64,000 nucleotides of DNA from Eledone cirrhosa. Taxonomy: Eukaryota. Both the position numbers and the translations under genes were made by a program. Location of the stretch: assembly GCA_964016885.1 (NCBI GenBank), contig OZ024742.1, forward strand, positions 211,420,001 through 211,484,000. The letters are read 5' to 3'. How positions within the stretch are numbered: position 1 is the first letter of the stretch; each line of letters opens with the position of its first letter. The notes beneath the pieces are model-generated. The model was not told the DNA's origin. It made no database searches and worked only from the letters and a program-made list of their open reading frames with translations. This document shows positions 27,401 to 38,762 of this stretch, piece by piece.

Positions 27401-27913
27401 GTGTTTGAACATTGAGTGTACCAGCAAAGATGTCTTTCTTTCCCTGTACAAGTCGGGTTGGTTGTTTTATCCGTGTATGTTTCCCAGTATCTGATTTTTC
27501 GACTGCAATCTGGGAATCCGTTGCAGGACGCGCTCCTTGTTTAACCGCGCGACGAGCGCTGCGGGATGTACATCGAAGAATTTGTGTCATATTTAGCTTT
27601 CAATAGCTAGATATACACTTGTGGTCGCTACTCCATACAAGTGAAAGCAGTACTCTGTATTAGAGCGGTTGTGCCTCACCGAAACATCCAACAATAGTTG
27701 ATATGATCGCCTTGCCACTAGTAGTATGAACCAAATTCACAGTTACTTGATCATTGCCTTATCTACTGATACGACATCCTGCTTACCAATGTCGTCGTTT
27801 AACACAGTCAGGATTGGTTTGACAGATTGCCTATTAAGGCCAAAGAGCTCTGTCCGCCCCGGCTTTGAAATCAGAGTGGTCCCTCTCCTAGACAGATTGC
27901 CGACCAATGCTAC

Positions 27914-27984
<71 letters not shown>

Positions 27985-28599
27985 CATATACACATTTACA
28001 CAATTTTTGGATGGCCGTTGACTCTTATGAGTTGTTCCGCCCTTTGTCAGGTTTTGTTTTTGTCCTGCAGGATGTCCAAAATCACCCTCCTCACCAATAT
28101 GTAAAGAAAATAAACCAAATACTCTGATGGCTGGATAATCTTTAAGATTTTCCTCGATGAAGCAGGAAAAATGCAGGTTTTCACCTAATGCGGGCCCTAG
28201 GGGATCAAGAAAATGAATTTTTTTTATGTGCATAATATGCCTTGAAATTTTGGGAAAATCGGCTAGACGTAACGCCTCAAAAAAGCCCTAAAAAGCTGAA
28301 AAAATGAAGTTTTCACCTAATGCGGGCCCTAGGCCATAAAAAAATTGGATTTTCTTTGCTCACGGTATGAAGAAGAGACTGACTAATACATAGTTACAAT
28401 TTCAAGGAAATCAGTCTGACGTAACGCCTCAAAAAGCCCCTAAAAACCTGAAAAAAAACGCAGTTTTTCAACTAATGCGGGCTCTAGGGGATCAAAAAGT
28501 TGAATTTTTATGTGCAAAACACTCCCTCAAACATAAGTAATACACATGTAAAGTTTCAAAAAAGTCGGTTGGGTACTTCTCGAGTTTTATGGATTCAAA

Positions 28600-28690
<91 letters not shown>

Positions 28691-28975
28691 CCTCAGGGGA
28701 GTGACGTGATGCAGACAGTCAGACATACAGACAGATATTATAAGTGCGCGACGTTATATGTATGTATCTATCTAAAAAGAGAAATTATAGAGAGAGATCG
28801 CTAAATCGCCTAATGCGGTCCTTAGGGCATTGAAAATTTGAAATTCCTTTTGCTCAGAATACTCCCTGAAACATAAGAATTACATGTGTAAAGTTTGAAA
28901 ACAGTCGGTTGGGTGGTTCTCGAGTTTTAGGGATTCAAACTCACACACACACATCCTCAGTTTTATATATATAGA
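24449..28975 (-). mobile_element. Non-autonomous Helitron (family A-related, A') interrupted by an RTE LINE
   Basis: 3' hairpin CCCGTGCAACGCCGGG plus CTAG|T at 24449; 5' TCTATATATATAAAAC at 28975; 28700-28930 is homologous to the family A 5' region; ~120-170-bp internal tandem repeats at 28170-28500. Pairing of the two halves is inferred. Confidence 0.7.
24541..27915 (-). mobile_element. Near full-length RTE-clade LINE, degenerate
   Basis: GTLNVQTL, GGVG, IGGDFNA, LDYI, SDH (APE); KACGLDEIPAE, NYRGITL, FIDFSKAFDS, GVLQEDTLAP, FKYLGS, FAGHC; 5' UTR CTAGGAGAGGGACCACTCTGA; (TGA)n tail; several stops and frameshifts. Confidence 0.9.
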
Positions 28976-29963
28976 CTAGCAGAAAACCACCCGGTGGGCG
29001 GTTTTCTGCTAGCAAATCTAGTGTATATACTGATATTGTTGAGATTTGGATGAGAAATGTTTTCGGCACCACATGTTCACCGTCTCTCGGTGTGTCGTTT
29101 ATGCATGTATAAATATATATGTTATCTATACGGTGAAATCTTTGAAATAAATATATGTTAACACGAAAAAGGAGAAAATAAATAACTGGCGGTTAGAAAA
29201 AAATATTCCCATGAAATTTTAATCATACCATTAGGTGTGAATAAGGAAATATTTTTTTATTGTCAAAACAAATGTTCAAAAGTTAAACTTCAATTTTTTG
29301 AATTATTTCCAATTTTTTCATGAAATTGAACACTGGTCATTGGCTGCTGGAAATGGAAATTAAATCGTATTTAATTGTATTTAAATTTCTAACCTTATTT
29401 TATTATTTATATTTTTTCAATAAGAAATAAAAAAAAAACAACAAAAAAAATTGAAGAAAAAAATTGAACAAATCAAACGTAGGTTATGGAACTGCGCAAT
29501 CTGATTAATAAATTACCTCATCAGCAGCAACCTTCTTCAAATGGTCCTTATTATCAGCAGCAACAACCACAAATTCAATGGCAACCTTCTTCAAACCACA
29601 AATTCAATGGCAACCTTCTTCGCATGGTGTCAAGTCAGAACCGCCTCGAACTGGTTACTTCTGGCTTGTGCAAGGTGTCTCTATAGCAACCAGCGATTCC
29701 CTCGGCCTCAGTGACCAAAGTCAGTGGAGAGGGGAAGGTAATGTTTCTATAGCGACAGTGTTTCTCTAGTAGTACCAAAGTGGAGAAAGGAAGGGGAAGG
29801 TAATATTTCTGTAGCACGTGTTTTAGCGTCTATTCTCTCTCTCCCTCCCGCTATCCCCCTCTCGTAGTCTGTCTCTTTCTTTCACTCTCACTCTCTCTCT
29901 ACGCACGTGTTTCCACTGTCGGACAGACAGACAGAGAAATTGCTGGTTATATATATAAGTAGA
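28976..29963 (-). mobile_element. Non-autonomous Helitron family B, copy 1
   Basis: 5' A|TCTACTTATATATATAACC...(CTGT)n; 3' end is a 37-bp hairpin ending in CTAG; second copy at 42791-43504. Confidence 0.75.
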
Positions 29964-30167
29964 TAATTGTAATTGGATAAACAGTAGACAAGCTAAAGGG
30001 AAAACGAAATTGTTCCGTAACTATGGAGTTTGTTTCCGGTTTCTACTAAAATCCCAGATTTACTTTGTGATTGGAATTTGTAGACGAAACCTGCAAAAGC
30101 CCGTCGTATGTATATATATATATATATATATAAACACATGTGTGTGTGTGTGTACATAACAAAATAA

Positions 30168-30497
30168 CAAAGACCCCCTTTGGTCACGAATGACCATGGG
30201 TTTTCACTTAGAAAGTTCCCTTCCGAGGATTTAGCTTAAGCTAGATGTTTTTTGCAGAAGACCAGCAGTCGCCTATATATACCAGTCTCCCTTTGCCATG
30301 TCACCGATGTTGTCCAAAAGAAAGGTGAAGGCCGATACAGCTTGGCATCAGTGATCTCGCAACTCATTTCTACAGCTGAGTGAACTGGAGCAACATGAAA
30401 TAAGCATCTTGCTCAAGAACAACTCATCGTCCGGTCCAGGAATCGAACTAGTAACCTCACGATTGTGAATCCACCTCACTAAGCCATGCGCCTTCAC
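30168..30497 (-). mobile_element. tRNA-derived SINE family 2 with RTE-derived body
   Basis: Head GGCGCATGGCTTAGTG...AGTTCGATTCC; 30290-30360 resembles the RTE 5' UTR at 38415-38490. Confidence 0.75.
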
Positions 30498-30499
30498 AT

Positions 30500-31130
30500 A
30501 TACATAATCACTCACGCACACACACATATATACATGTGAGTGTGTGTGTATGCACGCGCGTATAAACATGTATGTTGATAACGGAAGAAAGCGTAATAAA
30601 AGTGGGGGAAGATAAAGTTATATGTAGGAGATGAAAAATAAAATAGAGGAATAATGGGAGGTAAGTTGAAAGCGAGAGGAAAGCCAAAGTAGGTCTAAGA
30701 GGAAGGAAACCAGGTGTATTGACATTCATGAGGCTATAATTGGGTGGAATTGCTTTACAAAATGTTTGCATTTCTTGGATACTTCCGACCTGGTGTTTAA
30801 ATTACTGTCTTGGTTATGGAAGACTTTAAGGATTTTCCTCTTCTTTTCGGAGTACCGGAGTTACACATTTACTCTCAATTCTATAGTGTCTAGGTCTTTC
30901 TCGGATTTGATACTATAATCGAAAGGTTTTTGTTTCAATTCCCAGATGTACTCGACCAATTTTTAAGTGTTTTATCTACATGTTTAAAAGGAAGATGTAT
31001 GATTATAATATCTTTGCATAAATGTTCCTTTTAACATACCTATGTAACGTTTATATATTACTTCTATATTGGGTTCTATAGAGATGACCTCTCCATCATA
31101 AATTATAGCTTTAATGTTAAACCAAAAAAG
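30500..31130 (-). mobile_element. Degenerate PLE GIY-YIG and 3' fragment
   Basis: Minus strand AIIY...YIGMLKGTF..R..NHTSSFKH...EYIWELKQK; broken frame. Confidence 0.6.
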
Positions 31131-32089
31131 TAAAATTTTGTTTGTAATAAAATGTCTTCTAAAGAAGTTCTACTACAGACTGATTAATCCCTCCTACCAC
31201 TATCTGCATAAACTATTGGTCAAATGTAACTAACAACACAAATATAGTCGTATTGTTTTCTCTATAGCACTGCCACCATCTGGATAAACCATTGTCCAGA
31301 GGTAACCACCATCTGCATAAATCATTGACCATAGGTTACCAGCAACACGAATATAGTCGTAGTTTTTCTCTTTATAGCACTATATTGTATACATAGTAGT
31401 AACTCATCCATCCAATACGAATAAACTCTCCACTGTGCTGTATAATTCTCTACAACTATTGCTGTTATCGGTTAGCCAGAGGCCAGCAGTGATTGATTAG
31501 TCCTATTATCAAAAGCAGTCCAACTGTGACCAACTTAGGTTTTCCAGATGTAGAATATATTTCCAGATGTAGAATGAATCTATGTATCAGGACATTTTCT
31601 AGTAGATCAATGCTACTGTTTTACAGGAAAAGGACAGATATGTTGGATAATCTTCCTTTATACGCCAGTAGATTCTCATGGTGATCAGAATGGAGAAGAG
31701 CAAAGTGGACACGATCGAATTCCAGTAGTTATTCTTTCTTTACACTTAATGTTGGTAGTGGGCAATCCAGTAAAGTGTTAAGAGCCGATGATGCGATTAA
31801 TATTGCAGCTATTTTTGTGTTTCTTATGTTTGTTAAACGAGAGAATTAGTATTTGGTGGATGTTGTCGTAGCGCTCTTGAGTGTTATATATGTGTCTAGA
31901 TTTGTAGAAGTTGTCTTTTATCTAGTGACAGAACTATTATCACATGCATTTGGCTACTGTATTGTGAACCACAGTGAGAATTTCGTCGATTTTGCTGTCA
32001 GACACACAGACACACAGACGGTATTGCGTTCTTTTGATCTCGTCCTCTCTATAGAAAAAATCGAATGAAATGCATTGTAGTATTTCATC

Positions 32090-32240
32090 ACGACTCTACG
32101 CTCTGGTTCCAAACCACGCTGAGATTAGACTTGCCTTCATCCTTCTGGGGTCGATAACATAAAGTACCCGACAGGTACTGAGGTCGATTTAATCGAGCCC
32201 CGAGCACCACAACATTGTGCCAAAATTAGAAACCATTATT
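32090..32240 (+). mobile_element. tRNA-derived SINE family 1, degenerate
   Basis: TTGCCTTCATCCTTCTGGGGTCGATAACATAAAGTACC...TTGTGCCAAAATTAGAAACCATTATT. Confidence 0.65.
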
Positions 32241-32774
32241 GATATAGCAATAATTATTTTAAACAAATTTGTTTTCATTTGGTTAATATACTCATTGCTA
32301 GAATATTATTGTTACCATTCATTTGTGAAATGGAAGGAAATGTTAAAGCTACGAGAAAGTAAATCTCTTATTGTAACTCTAAAACAAAAACAAAAAAAAA
32401 GACAAAAGTGGATGAATTATTCTTGTATAGGAACTCAAAATATTAAGTGAAAATTTCTAATATTTCACTTCAGCTTCTATGCGGTTTGTTGACCTGCTGG
32501 AAATAGAAACCAAATTTCCCTATAATAAATGACATTTTTCTATCTTAAACAACACACACAATTCTGAACAGCGCAGAAAAATATCTCCTATGACAAACAC
32601 TGATATGCAGCACGGTGTCGACCGCCAAACTGAGACCAGCACAAATTTCAAAAAGTGAAATTGGCACGCTGTAGTCAAAGACCACCAATTTTAAACTAAC
32701 AGTTAATGGACCCAAAGTGAATATTAAGAGGCTTTCGTTGTATCATTATGCAGTTCCCTTAGCCCTACTCTATA

Positions 32775-32932
32775 AGCGGCAAATTGGCAGCGTCGTTAGA
32801 ACATCGGATAGAGTACTTTATGGTATTTTGTTCCGGCCCTTTGCTCTCTGAGTTCAAATCCCGCTGAAGTCAACTTTGCCTTTCATCCTTTCGAGGTCGA
32901 TAAAAAAAAGTATCAGTCTAGTACTGGTTTCG
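32775..32932 (+). mobile_element. tRNA-derived SINE family 1
   Basis: TGGCAGCGTCGTTAG box A, GAGTTCAAATCC box B, family body. Confidence 0.75.
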
Positions 32933-33690
32933 ATTCTTCCTTTATATCTCTTTCTCTCTGTCCTTCTCTGGAAGAAATCTGCTGCACTCAGTCCTGGAGA
33001 GATTTAAAATTCCCAAGAGATGCCGTATGTCAATATGGCACCCCTACGATTCCATCAGAAGTTAAGGAACCTTACTATACCAAACCATGCCCTAGTCTGA
33101 CGCACATAACATCTTATTACCAGGTACCACCTGCGATTTCACCAGTGTTTCGACGTCAAATTTTGTATAAAAAATAAACATATTTTTTTATATAAAAATA
33201 TATATTTAAAAAAGAGGAAAAAAAATAAAAGGAAAATATTCGCTTAACTGGCTGGTAGAACATATGTGCGAACGTCAGTTTCATGAGCGATTGGAGGGGG
33301 GGGGGATATACAAGTACTTTTGAGAATGTAATATGTGATAAACTAGTGTCTTTCTTATACAAGAAAGCTTAATCTCTCATCTCTGTAACACTAGTTAACC
33401 CGTCATTAGAAACCTCTGTTTCTCAGAGATATTTATTACTTACTAGCATGGTCGCAGTCTAATGACTGAAACCTGCTATACCCCCCCCCCCCCCAAAAAA
33501 AAAAAAAACATAAAGAAGAAATAAAAAAAACATGAAGAAGAAAGGTTTTTTATTTCTCCTTCATTTTATTTCTTCATGTTTTTCTGGGTTTTTTCTGTTC
33601 AACTTCTAGCTGTTTGATGAGGTAATAGCTATTGCATAACGGTTATCACCGAAATATAAGCTAAATTCACCGACATCGACAGTCACTAAC

Positions 33691-34703
33691 CAACCGACAC
33701 TCCACCTCACCAACCGACACTCCACCTCACCAATCGACACTCTACCTCACCAACCGACACTCCACCTCACCAACCGACACTCTACCTCACCAACCGACAC
33801 TCCAACTAACCAACCAACTTTCCACCTAACCAACCGACACTCCACCTAACCAACCGAAACTCCACCTCACCAACCGACACGCCACCTCACCAACTGACAC
33901 TCTACCTCACCAACCGACACTCTACCTAACCAACCGACACTCCACCTCACCAACCGACACTCCACCTCACCAACCGACACTCCACCTCACCAACCGACAC
34001 TCCACCTCACCAACTGATACTCCACCTCACCAACCGACACTCCACCTCACCAACTGACACTCCACCTCACCAACCGACACTCCACCTCACCAACTGACAC
34101 TCCACCTCACCAACCGACACTCCACCTCACCAATCGACACTCTACCTCACCAACCGACACTCTATCTCACCAACCGACACTCCACCTCACCAACCGACAC
34201 TCCACCTCACCAACCGACACTCCACTCACCAACTGATACTCCACCTCACCAACCGACACTCCACCTCACCAACCTACACTCCACCTCACCAATCGACACT
34301 CCACCTAACCAACCGACACTCCACCTAACCAACCGAAACTCCACCTCACCAACCGACACTCTACCTCACCAACCGACACTCCACCTAACCAACCGACACT
34401 CCACCTAACCAACCGACACTCCACCTAACCAACCGACACTCCACCTAACCAACCAACACTCCACCTAACCAACCGAAACTCCACCTCACCAACCGACACT
34501 CTACCTCACCAACCGACACTCCACCTAACCAACCGACACTCCACCTAACCAACCGACACTCCACCTCACCAATCGACACTCTATCTCACCAACCGACACT
34601 CCACCTCACCAACCGACACTCCACCTCACCAACCGACACTCCACCTCACCAACTGACACTCCACCTCACCAACTGACACTCCACCTCACCAACCGACACT
34701 CTA
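33691..34703. repeat. 20-bp minisatellite (CAACCGACACTCCACCTCAC)n, about 50 units
   Basis: Directly visible tandem units with recurring single-base variants. Confidence 0.97.
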
Positions 34704-34924
34704 CAGTCAGTCACTAACACACTAAAATTCTATTCCACCTCTACTGTCTCTTATTTCGTTACGTCCTGCTTCTTTGACATAGCAAGCTGTGTACTACTGT
34801 AACACAGCTCTACCCCCATTTATTCATTCCACCTCCATCTTGTCATTCTGTCTGTGACTCACACTTGCAACCCCAATACCTAAACATTTCACCTAAATGT
34901 TTACCCCGCCACCACACCAAATAA

Positions 34925-35066
34925 TGTAGTAGTATGTGCACAAGGCCAGCACATTGTGTGGGTGGAGTGGGGGTCTATTATATCAACCACAGTACATTAC
35001 TGGTACTTTATTTTATCGACCACGGAAGGATGAAAGGTAAAGCCAACCGCGACAGGATTTGAACTT
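34925..35066 (-). mobile_element. tRNA-derived SINE family 1, partial
   Basis: CTGGTACTTTATTTTATCGACC...GGATGAAAGG...GGATTTGAAC. Confidence 0.7.
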
Positions 35067-35217
35067 CAGTGAAAATATGAGAAATCCGGATTCCAACAAC
35101 TTTCTTTGTTGTTTCACAATTAGAAAATACGTATTTCTGTGGTCGGCTTACGTCATCTAACCATACAACGGAAACGATGTTATCTACCTTTATATATATA
35201 CTGTGTCGTTTGCTTTG

Positions 35218-35252
<35 letters not shown>

Positions 35253-35255
<3 letters not shown>

Positions 35256-35444
35256 CGAAGGAAATGTGGTAAGGAACCAGGTGGACCATAACGCACCAAA
35301 GTACTCAATACTTGGGGTAGTAGATTGGGTAATAGGAACCAGTAAGACCCCGACGGCTGAGCTCAAGCCGTTTCGACGGCTAATTCTGGACTCAGAATTA
35401 GCCGTCGAAACGGCTTGAGCTCAGCCGTCGGGGTCTTACTGGTT

Positions 35445-35449
<5 letters not shown>
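35253..35449. mobile_element. PLE 3'-terminal fragment with perfect 57-bp inverted duplication
   Basis: Arms 35332-35388 and 35393-35449; the arm sequence matches the hammerhead 3' half at 57895-57947; (TA)n on both sides. Confidence 0.7.
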
Positions 35450-35495
<46 letters not shown>

Positions 35496-35500
35496 TGGTT

Positions 35501-35546
<46 letters not shown>

Positions 35547-35557
35547 TTAATCTGTTA

Positions 35558-35600
<43 letters not shown>

Positions 35601-35659
35601 ATATGTATATGTATGTATGTATGTATGTATGTTACGTTTATCTACAATTATTGGCCCTT

Positions 35660-35783
35660 GCCATTCTGAGTTCAAATCCCGCCGAGGTTAACTTTGCCTT
35701 TCATCCTTACGGGGTCGATAAAATAAAGTACCAGTAATGCACTGGGTAATTACTGACCTTGTGCCAAAAGTAGAAACAATTAT
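35660..35783 (+). mobile_element. tRNA-derived SINE family 1, 5'-truncated
   Basis: Nearly identical to 4658-4775. Confidence 0.8.
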
Positions 35784-36579
35784 TTGTTGTACATTTATAC
35801 GCAAGCTTCTAGCGCATCCCATTCTCCCCTTCTTTATTCTTCGTATTGTCGCTTTAAACGTTTTTGACCTCACACTAGCAACTGTAACGCTTGATTACTT
35901 TCAGCCCTATCTTATTCTTCCCTCTCATCTTTTCTCTCTCTCACACATTTTAAAACATATTTCTTCAACACTTATAAGAACATGTTAAATCTTTTTTTTT
36001 TTTTCTTACTTCTATACGAATCTCCGTGAAGTATACACATTTTTGTCTTCGCAAACCCCTATTAGTTTCCTTGGACTTTGGTCTTCATATATATGTATCA
36101 ACTCTAAGACGCAGTGGAGTGGAGACTTGGTTACTATGTCTAGCAGGTTGAGCATCCATATTATATACAGTATAAATGTAGTAGTCGCTCGCCGTCGCTC
36201 TGTGGTTGTAAAGTTCCTGATTAATCAATTTAATAGCAAATTTCTTTGTTTAGATAATTAACTCTAATTGATACCACGTCATTGGCAGTGAAGTATGTGG
36301 CTATAATGCTTTTCTCAAAACAACGACGTTGGTGTAATAAAATTAAATGAAATAGTCTTTAACGAAGGGTATATATGAAAAGTTAGAATGGTTATATGTT
36401 GTTATTAGTTGGTATGATCAAAACAAAGTATAGTTGTAAATGTATAATAATGAGAATATAAAGAATATAAGAATAAATGATTTGGTTATATATAGTTTAC
36501 TTCACGTGAATCAATTAAAAAGTACATATAAAACAGTTACAAAGAGTTGTTAATGTTGTTATTGTTGCAGATGTTAACC

Positions 36580-38716
36580 CCCCAAGAAGGGCCATCCAAT
36601 TGAATGACACCTTTCATCTGATAAGTCTTGGAAGACAACCAATCATGGCGAGGATTTTGAATAGGCCGTCTCTACTACCTAGGTCGAATGCCTTCGTGAG
36701 GTTAATGAAGGTGATGTAGAGTAATAGCCTTTGCTCTCAGCATTTATTCTGTAGTTGTCGAAGGGAGAAGATCATGTCGATGGTGGAACGTTCTGACCTG
36801 AAACTGTATTGTAATTCGGGGTATACCCCCCTCAGTGATTTTCTGTACATTTTCAGGATCACACGGGCGAAGACCTTCCCTACGATGTTCAGTAGCGAGA
36901 TGTCTCGGTAGCTTTTGCAGTCTCTTCTGTTCCCTTTGTTCTTATAGAGGTTGACAATGTTGCAGTTTCTCATGACTTGTGAGACTGTTCTTCTTTCCAG
37001 CACTGACACGGTGCCAAGCAAAACTCCCTTTGCACATCTGATGAAATCTGTTGGGATGCCATCCAATCCGGGTGCCTTCCCAGTGGGCAAATCATCAATG
37101 GCTCTGTTCAGTTCTTCAATAGTTGGCAATACGTCTAGCTCCTCCATGACGGGTAGGTGTTCCACAGTGTCTAGCGCGTTGTCCGAGATGTTTTCTCTGG
37201 TGTAGAGTTCGGAGTAATGCTCCATCCATCTCTCCATCTACTCCCTTTTGCCTTTGATGACCTCGCCGTTCCTGAATTTGAGTAGAACGATTTTGCTCTG
37301 GGCTGGGCCGTGTGCTTTCTTGATGCCCTCATACATTCCGTGAATATTACCTGTGTCAAATGACACCTGAATACCTTCACATAGTTGTAGCCAGTAGTCA
37401 TTTGCACAGCGTCCCACTGTTTTCTGTGTTGTTCCTGCATTGTGCTGAGCTTTGGCCTGGAAGTAGGTGCTGGTGAAAGATAGTTCATGGAACATACTGG
37501 CCTAAAGCAGCCGTTGCCCATTGTCTTTCATGTTGCCGATCCCATACCATCCCAGCCATTCTGACCAGGGGTCGTGGTCGGTCCCCACGCTGACGTTGAA
37601 GTCACCAATTAGCAGCAGCCGTTCTCCATTTGGAGTATTTTTCTTGAGAGCGGATCGTTAAACTCTTCCTTGTCATCAAATAGAGGAGTGTGGCTTAAGC
37701 ACTGACAAGGTTGATAAGCCCGTCTGAAATGAGTAATCAGTGTGAGAAGATCCGCTCTGAATCATCCTTGCTGAATTCTACCATCTTCAACAACGAATTC
37801 CTCACGGCAAAGCTGACACCATGCTCTCTGGCTTCGTCTATGACTTTCCCCTGCCAGAAGAAGGTATATTCTCTTTCACAAAGGGTCCCTGAATCTGGGA
37901 GCTGCGTCTCTTGGAGCGCAGCAATATCCACTCGAAGTCGTAGCAGTTAGTTGTTAATCGCTGCTGTTTTGAGGGTGTCACTGATCTCTTGATCATCTGA
38001 TAGACTAGTTGTCATGGTCCGTGTGTTCCAAGATCCAAATTTGAAAAATGGTTTCTTTCTTCGTTTCTTTGTTCTTTTTCTTGGTGCAATGTCTACGGCC
38101 CACAATTCATGATACTAGTATCCCTAAGCCCCACGTATCCAGTGAAGTGTGGGGGCTGTGGCGGAACAGCACCTAATTAGCTAGGGGCTGCTAGAGACGG
38201 GAGATAGCTGTCCAGTGAGGCACAATGGCATTTCCCTCCTTCGAAAGCAGCACCTGGCCCCTTGCTCCACGCCAATCATGTGCAGACTTATAACAAAAAG
38301 ACTGCTGTTTACCCCTTTTGTTGCCGCGGTGAGGCGATGCTTGAGTGTCCTCTCCAGGGCGCAGGCCTGGGCAGGGTTTTAGAGAAATTGGCAGTGCCCG
38401 TACAGCACGACTTCCCTCTCCATATCACCGATGTTGTCCAAGGTAAATGCAGGGGCCGATACAACTTGGCACCGGTGGCACCTCAGAAGTTGCCAAAACG
38501 AAGTTAGATATAATATCGAATTGCCTTAGAGACTCAGGATTTATGCTCAGGGTTTACTCCCGATGCTTTTCCTGAGTAGGTATAGCCGCAACGCAACAGA
38601 GGTTTAAAATTAGAGTTTGCCTCCACTTAGGTAGATTACCCTCCCACGGAATAGTCTGAAGGCGCCAGAACCCGTCCAAACCTCTTCTCCTGCCAGTAGG
38701 GACAGTTCCACCAGAC
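36580..38716 (-). mobile_element. RTE (BovB-like) LINE 5' half, degenerate
   Basis: GSWNTRTM, DIAALQET, YTFFWQGK, IGDFN, QMERWMEHYSELY, KAPGLDGIP, YRDISLL, RSTIDMIFSLRQLQ; long 5' UTR at 38100-38716. Confidence 0.85.
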
Positions 38717-38762
38717 TTGCATGTTTCTTGTTTTGTGAAGCCTAGCTTCTCAAGGTTTGTAA
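38717..38762 (-). mobile_element. Tiny R4/Dong fragment abutting (TATG)n
   Basis: GTGAAGCCTAGCTTCTCAAGGTTTGTA matches 19235-19261 and 39181-39207. Confidence 0.55.

Noticed and set aside
33691-34703. CRISPR-like array
   Set aside because: Contiguous 20-bp units with no unique spacers, no cas genes, eukaryotic context.
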